A DNA stretch of 27,080 nt from Candidatus Cloacimonadota bacterium (lineage in GTDB: Bacteria; Cloacimonadota; Cloacimonadia; Cloacimonadales; TCS61). Both the position numbers and the translations under genes were made by a program. Within the stretch, counting starts at the first letter, position 1, and the number at the start of each line of letters is the position of its first letter. The stretch is taken from contig JAFGEH010000139.1 of assembly GCA_016931665.1 (NCBI GenBank), positions 1-27,080 of the forward strand, in the 5' to 3' direction. The notes under the pieces were generated by a model. The model was not told the DNA's origin. It ran no database searches and saw only the letters and a program-made list of their open reading frames with translations. This document shows, piece after piece, positions 25,278-27,080 of the stretch.

Positions 25278-26528
25278 ATGGCTAATGTTGCTGTTTTAGG
25301 ATGCATCTGGGGTGATGAGGCAAAAGCCAAAATCGTCGATTTCCTGGCTGCCGAAGCAGATATTGTAATTAGATACCAGGGCGGTAATAATGCCGGACAT
25401 ACTATTGTTTCCAATGGCAAAAAATATATATTTCATCTGATCCCAGCTGGAATTCTTTATCCTGATAAAATCTGTTTTCTGGGTAACGGAGTTGTTATTG
25501 ATCTTTTTGCCCTGCTTGCTGAGATGGAAAATCTCAGTGACCAGGGTATTGATTTTCACAACAGGTTTTTCATTGATCCGAGAGCTGGCATAGTTTTACC
25601 TATCCACCGCCAGCTGGATGAAGCTGCCGAAAACGATTCTCCAGCTATTAAGATCGGTACTACTAAAAGAGGGATTGGTCCCTGTTATTCCGATTTGACC
25701 GCCCGGGTAGGTATAAGGTTCGGAGATCTTTTTCATCTGCAGATTCTGAGACAGAGGCTTAAACGCTTATATAATTACCATAAGCTTTCGGATTATGAAA
25801 TTGATGACCTTGCGGAAGCCTTATACCTCAGTGCGAAGCCATTGGCCGAATGCCGGCAGCAGATCAGTTATTTCCTGAACCGCCATCAGGATAAAAGGAT
25901 TCTTTTTGAGGGAGCCCAGGGTGCTTTGCTGGATCTTTCTTTCGGTACTTACCCCTTTGTTACTTCCTCCCATACCACTATTGGCGGTATTACAACAGGA
26001 AGCGGATTCTCACTCAGGCGTCTGGGCAGAGTAGTGGGTGTATATAAAAGTTATTTTACCAGGGTAGGGGAAGGGCCATTTCCAACTGAATTAAAGAATG
26101 AATTAGGAGACATTATCAGAGAACACGGCAATGAATATGGCTCTACAACTGGCAGACCTCGCCGTTGTGGCTGGTTCGATGCCGTGGCAGCCCGTTATTC
26201 AGCCATGCTGAACGATATAGATGAAATTGCCCTGACCTTACTGGATGTGCTTAGCGGCCTTGATTCCATCAGGATTTGTACCGGTTACAGAATGAACGAA
26301 ACCATTATCACTGATTTCCCGGATAATTCCGAGATTTTAAACCAGGTTACACCGATCTATGAAGAATTGAAGGGCTGGAAAGATGATATAACTCAAATCA
26401 GTTCTTATCAAGCCCTTCCCGTAGCAGCCAGGGAATATATCGGGCGGCTGGAAGAGTTGCTGGACAGGAAGATAACCATAATTTCTGTCGGTCCCGATCG
26501 GGAACAGACCATAGTTAGGCAAAAATAA
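25278..26528 (+). CDS. purA: Adenylosuccinate synthetase (atypical P-loop)
   Basis: WGDEAKAK, YQGGNNAGHT, IGTTKRGIGPCY, FEGAQG…GTYPFVTSS, TRVGEGPFPTE, TTGRPRRCGW and SVGPDREQT. Confidence 0.96.
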   Translation: MANVAVLGCIWGDEAKAKIVDFLAAEADIVIRYQGGNNAGHTIVSNGKKYIFHLIPAGILYPDKICFLGNGVVIDLFALLAEMENLSDQGIDFHNRFFIDPRAGIVLPIHRQLDEAAENDSPAIKIGTTKRGIGPCYSDLTARVGIRFGDLFHLQILRQRLKRLYNYHKLSDYEIDDLAEALYLSAKPLAECRQQISYFLNRHQDKRILFEGAQGALLDLSFGTYPFVTSSHTTIGGITTGSGFSLRRLGRVVGVYKSYFTRVGEGPFPTELKNELGDIIREHGNEYGSTTGRPRRCGWFDAVAARYSAMLNDIDEIALTLLDVLSGLDSIRICTGYRMNETIITDFPDNSEILNQVTPIYEELKGWKDDITQISSYQALPVAAREYIGRLEELLDRKITIISVGPDREQTIVRQK

Positions 26529-26535
26529 ATAATTC

Positions 26536-26564
26536 TTGACATCATATTCTTCTTTCCAGAGTTA
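26536..26564 (+). promoter_or_regulatory. Candidate rpmH-rnpA promoter
   Basis: TTGACA (26536-26541), 17-nt spacer, GAGTTA(T); AAAGGAG SD before the ATG at 26641. Confidence 0.45.
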
Positions 26565-26640
26565 TCCATTTCTGGTTAAAAAGTTATAAGATAATAAGTT
26601 ATGAATCTAAATATCTTTGATAATAGTAAAGGAGTTTGGC

Positions 26641-26781
26641 ATGAAAAGAACGTTTCAGCCGCATAATCGGAAACGCAGGAACAAACATGGTTTTCGCTCT
26701 CGCATGGCTACCCTGGGAGGTCGGAAAGTATTGGCCCGTAGAAGAGCAAAGGGGAGAGTTCGTCTTACTGTATCCGATTAA
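26641..26781 (+). CDS. rpmH: 50S ribosomal protein L34 (46 aa, absent from the ORF track)
   Basis: Manual translation: [46 protein letters not shown]. Confidence 0.98.
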   Translation: MKRTFQPHNRKRRNKHGFRSRMATLGGRKVLARRRAKGRVRLTVSD

Positions 26782-27080
26782 ATGAGATTTATCACTTCCC
26801 GTCGAGATTACTTAAGGATTTTGATTAACCCTCATAAGATTAGTGGTAATTTATTTCGGTTCTTTTATATTAATGAATCCCCAGAGCAATCTCTTGCTGT
26901 AGGAATAATCGTCAGCCGGAAGGTTGGAAAAGCCGTCATAAGAAATAAAGTGAAGCGTAGAATCAGAGCTTATTTAAGAAATAATCCCTCCTTGTGGACA
27001 CAAGAGTTGAGTTTAATCATCAGAGCCTTACCCGAAGCTGGTGATGCTGGATGGCAGGAGATTTCTGATGACCTCAGTAA
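26782..27080 (+). CDS. rnpA: Ribonuclease P protein component (partial, runs off the window)
   Basis: Manual translation: MRFITSRRDYLRIL…VGIIVSRKVGKAVIRNKVKRRIR (RNR motif)…; ATG directly follows the rpmH TAA. Confidence 0.95.
   Translation, partial: MRFITSRRDYLRILINPHKISGNLFRFFYINESPEQSLAVGIIVSRKVGKAVIRNKVKRRIRAYLRNNPSLWTQELSLIIRALPEAGDAGWQEISDDLS

Noticed and set aside
25278-26528. PurZ (2-aminoadenine/Z-genome) interpretation of the odd purA
   Set aside because: Catalytic Asp13 is present, the context is chromosomal housekeeping, and there are no datZ, mazZ or phage genes.
26782-27080. Possible rnpA pseudogene, since it is missing from the ORF track
   Set aside because: Manual translation is open from ATG 26782 to the window edge; it is only truncated by the window.
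1-27080. CRISPR arrays, IS/transposases, integrases, tRNA/rRNA, DGR template/variable repeats
   Set aside because: I saw no spaced repeat arrays, terminal inverted repeats, recombinase or reverse-transcriptase motifs, cloverleafs or long A-mismatched repeats on reading.

Overview
Gene-dense bacterial chromosomal segment from a diderm organism (lpxK, lnt). The gingipain-like C25 protease with a terminal FN3-like domain and the split B12-mutase subunit suggest Candidatus Cloacimonadota or a related FCB-type anaerobe; this is inference and needs a RecA/RpmB phylogeny. From left to right it contains: a TRAP 4TM/12TM permease; a C25 protease; lpxK and cobO/btuR; a TetR regulator with a twin-domain aspartyl protease-PDZ and a clear operator; a sugar ABC permease pair; a peroxiredoxin; an operon of DUF355, thpR, recA, recX, nif3 and yqaA; rpmB; an ECF sigma, ZAS anti-sigma and two Spy/CpxP-like proteins; a TPR protein, MerR, lnt, a beta-propeller lipoprotein and recJ; RNase P RNA (rnpB); a zinc-ribbon protein; FapA/DUF342; a B12-binding mutase subunit; purA; rpmH and a partial rnpA. 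rnpB, rpmH and rnpA are missing from the ORF track. I found no mobile element, CRISPR array, tRNA or rRNA. The most interesting signals are (1) a low-GC3 patch in the C25 gene covering the specificity pocket and catalytic His, (2) a candidate uORF/terminator attenuator in front of the zinc-ribbon-rnpB unit, (3) a PurA with GDEAKAK in place of GDEGKGK, and (4) promoters with a perfect -35 but a degenerate -10.
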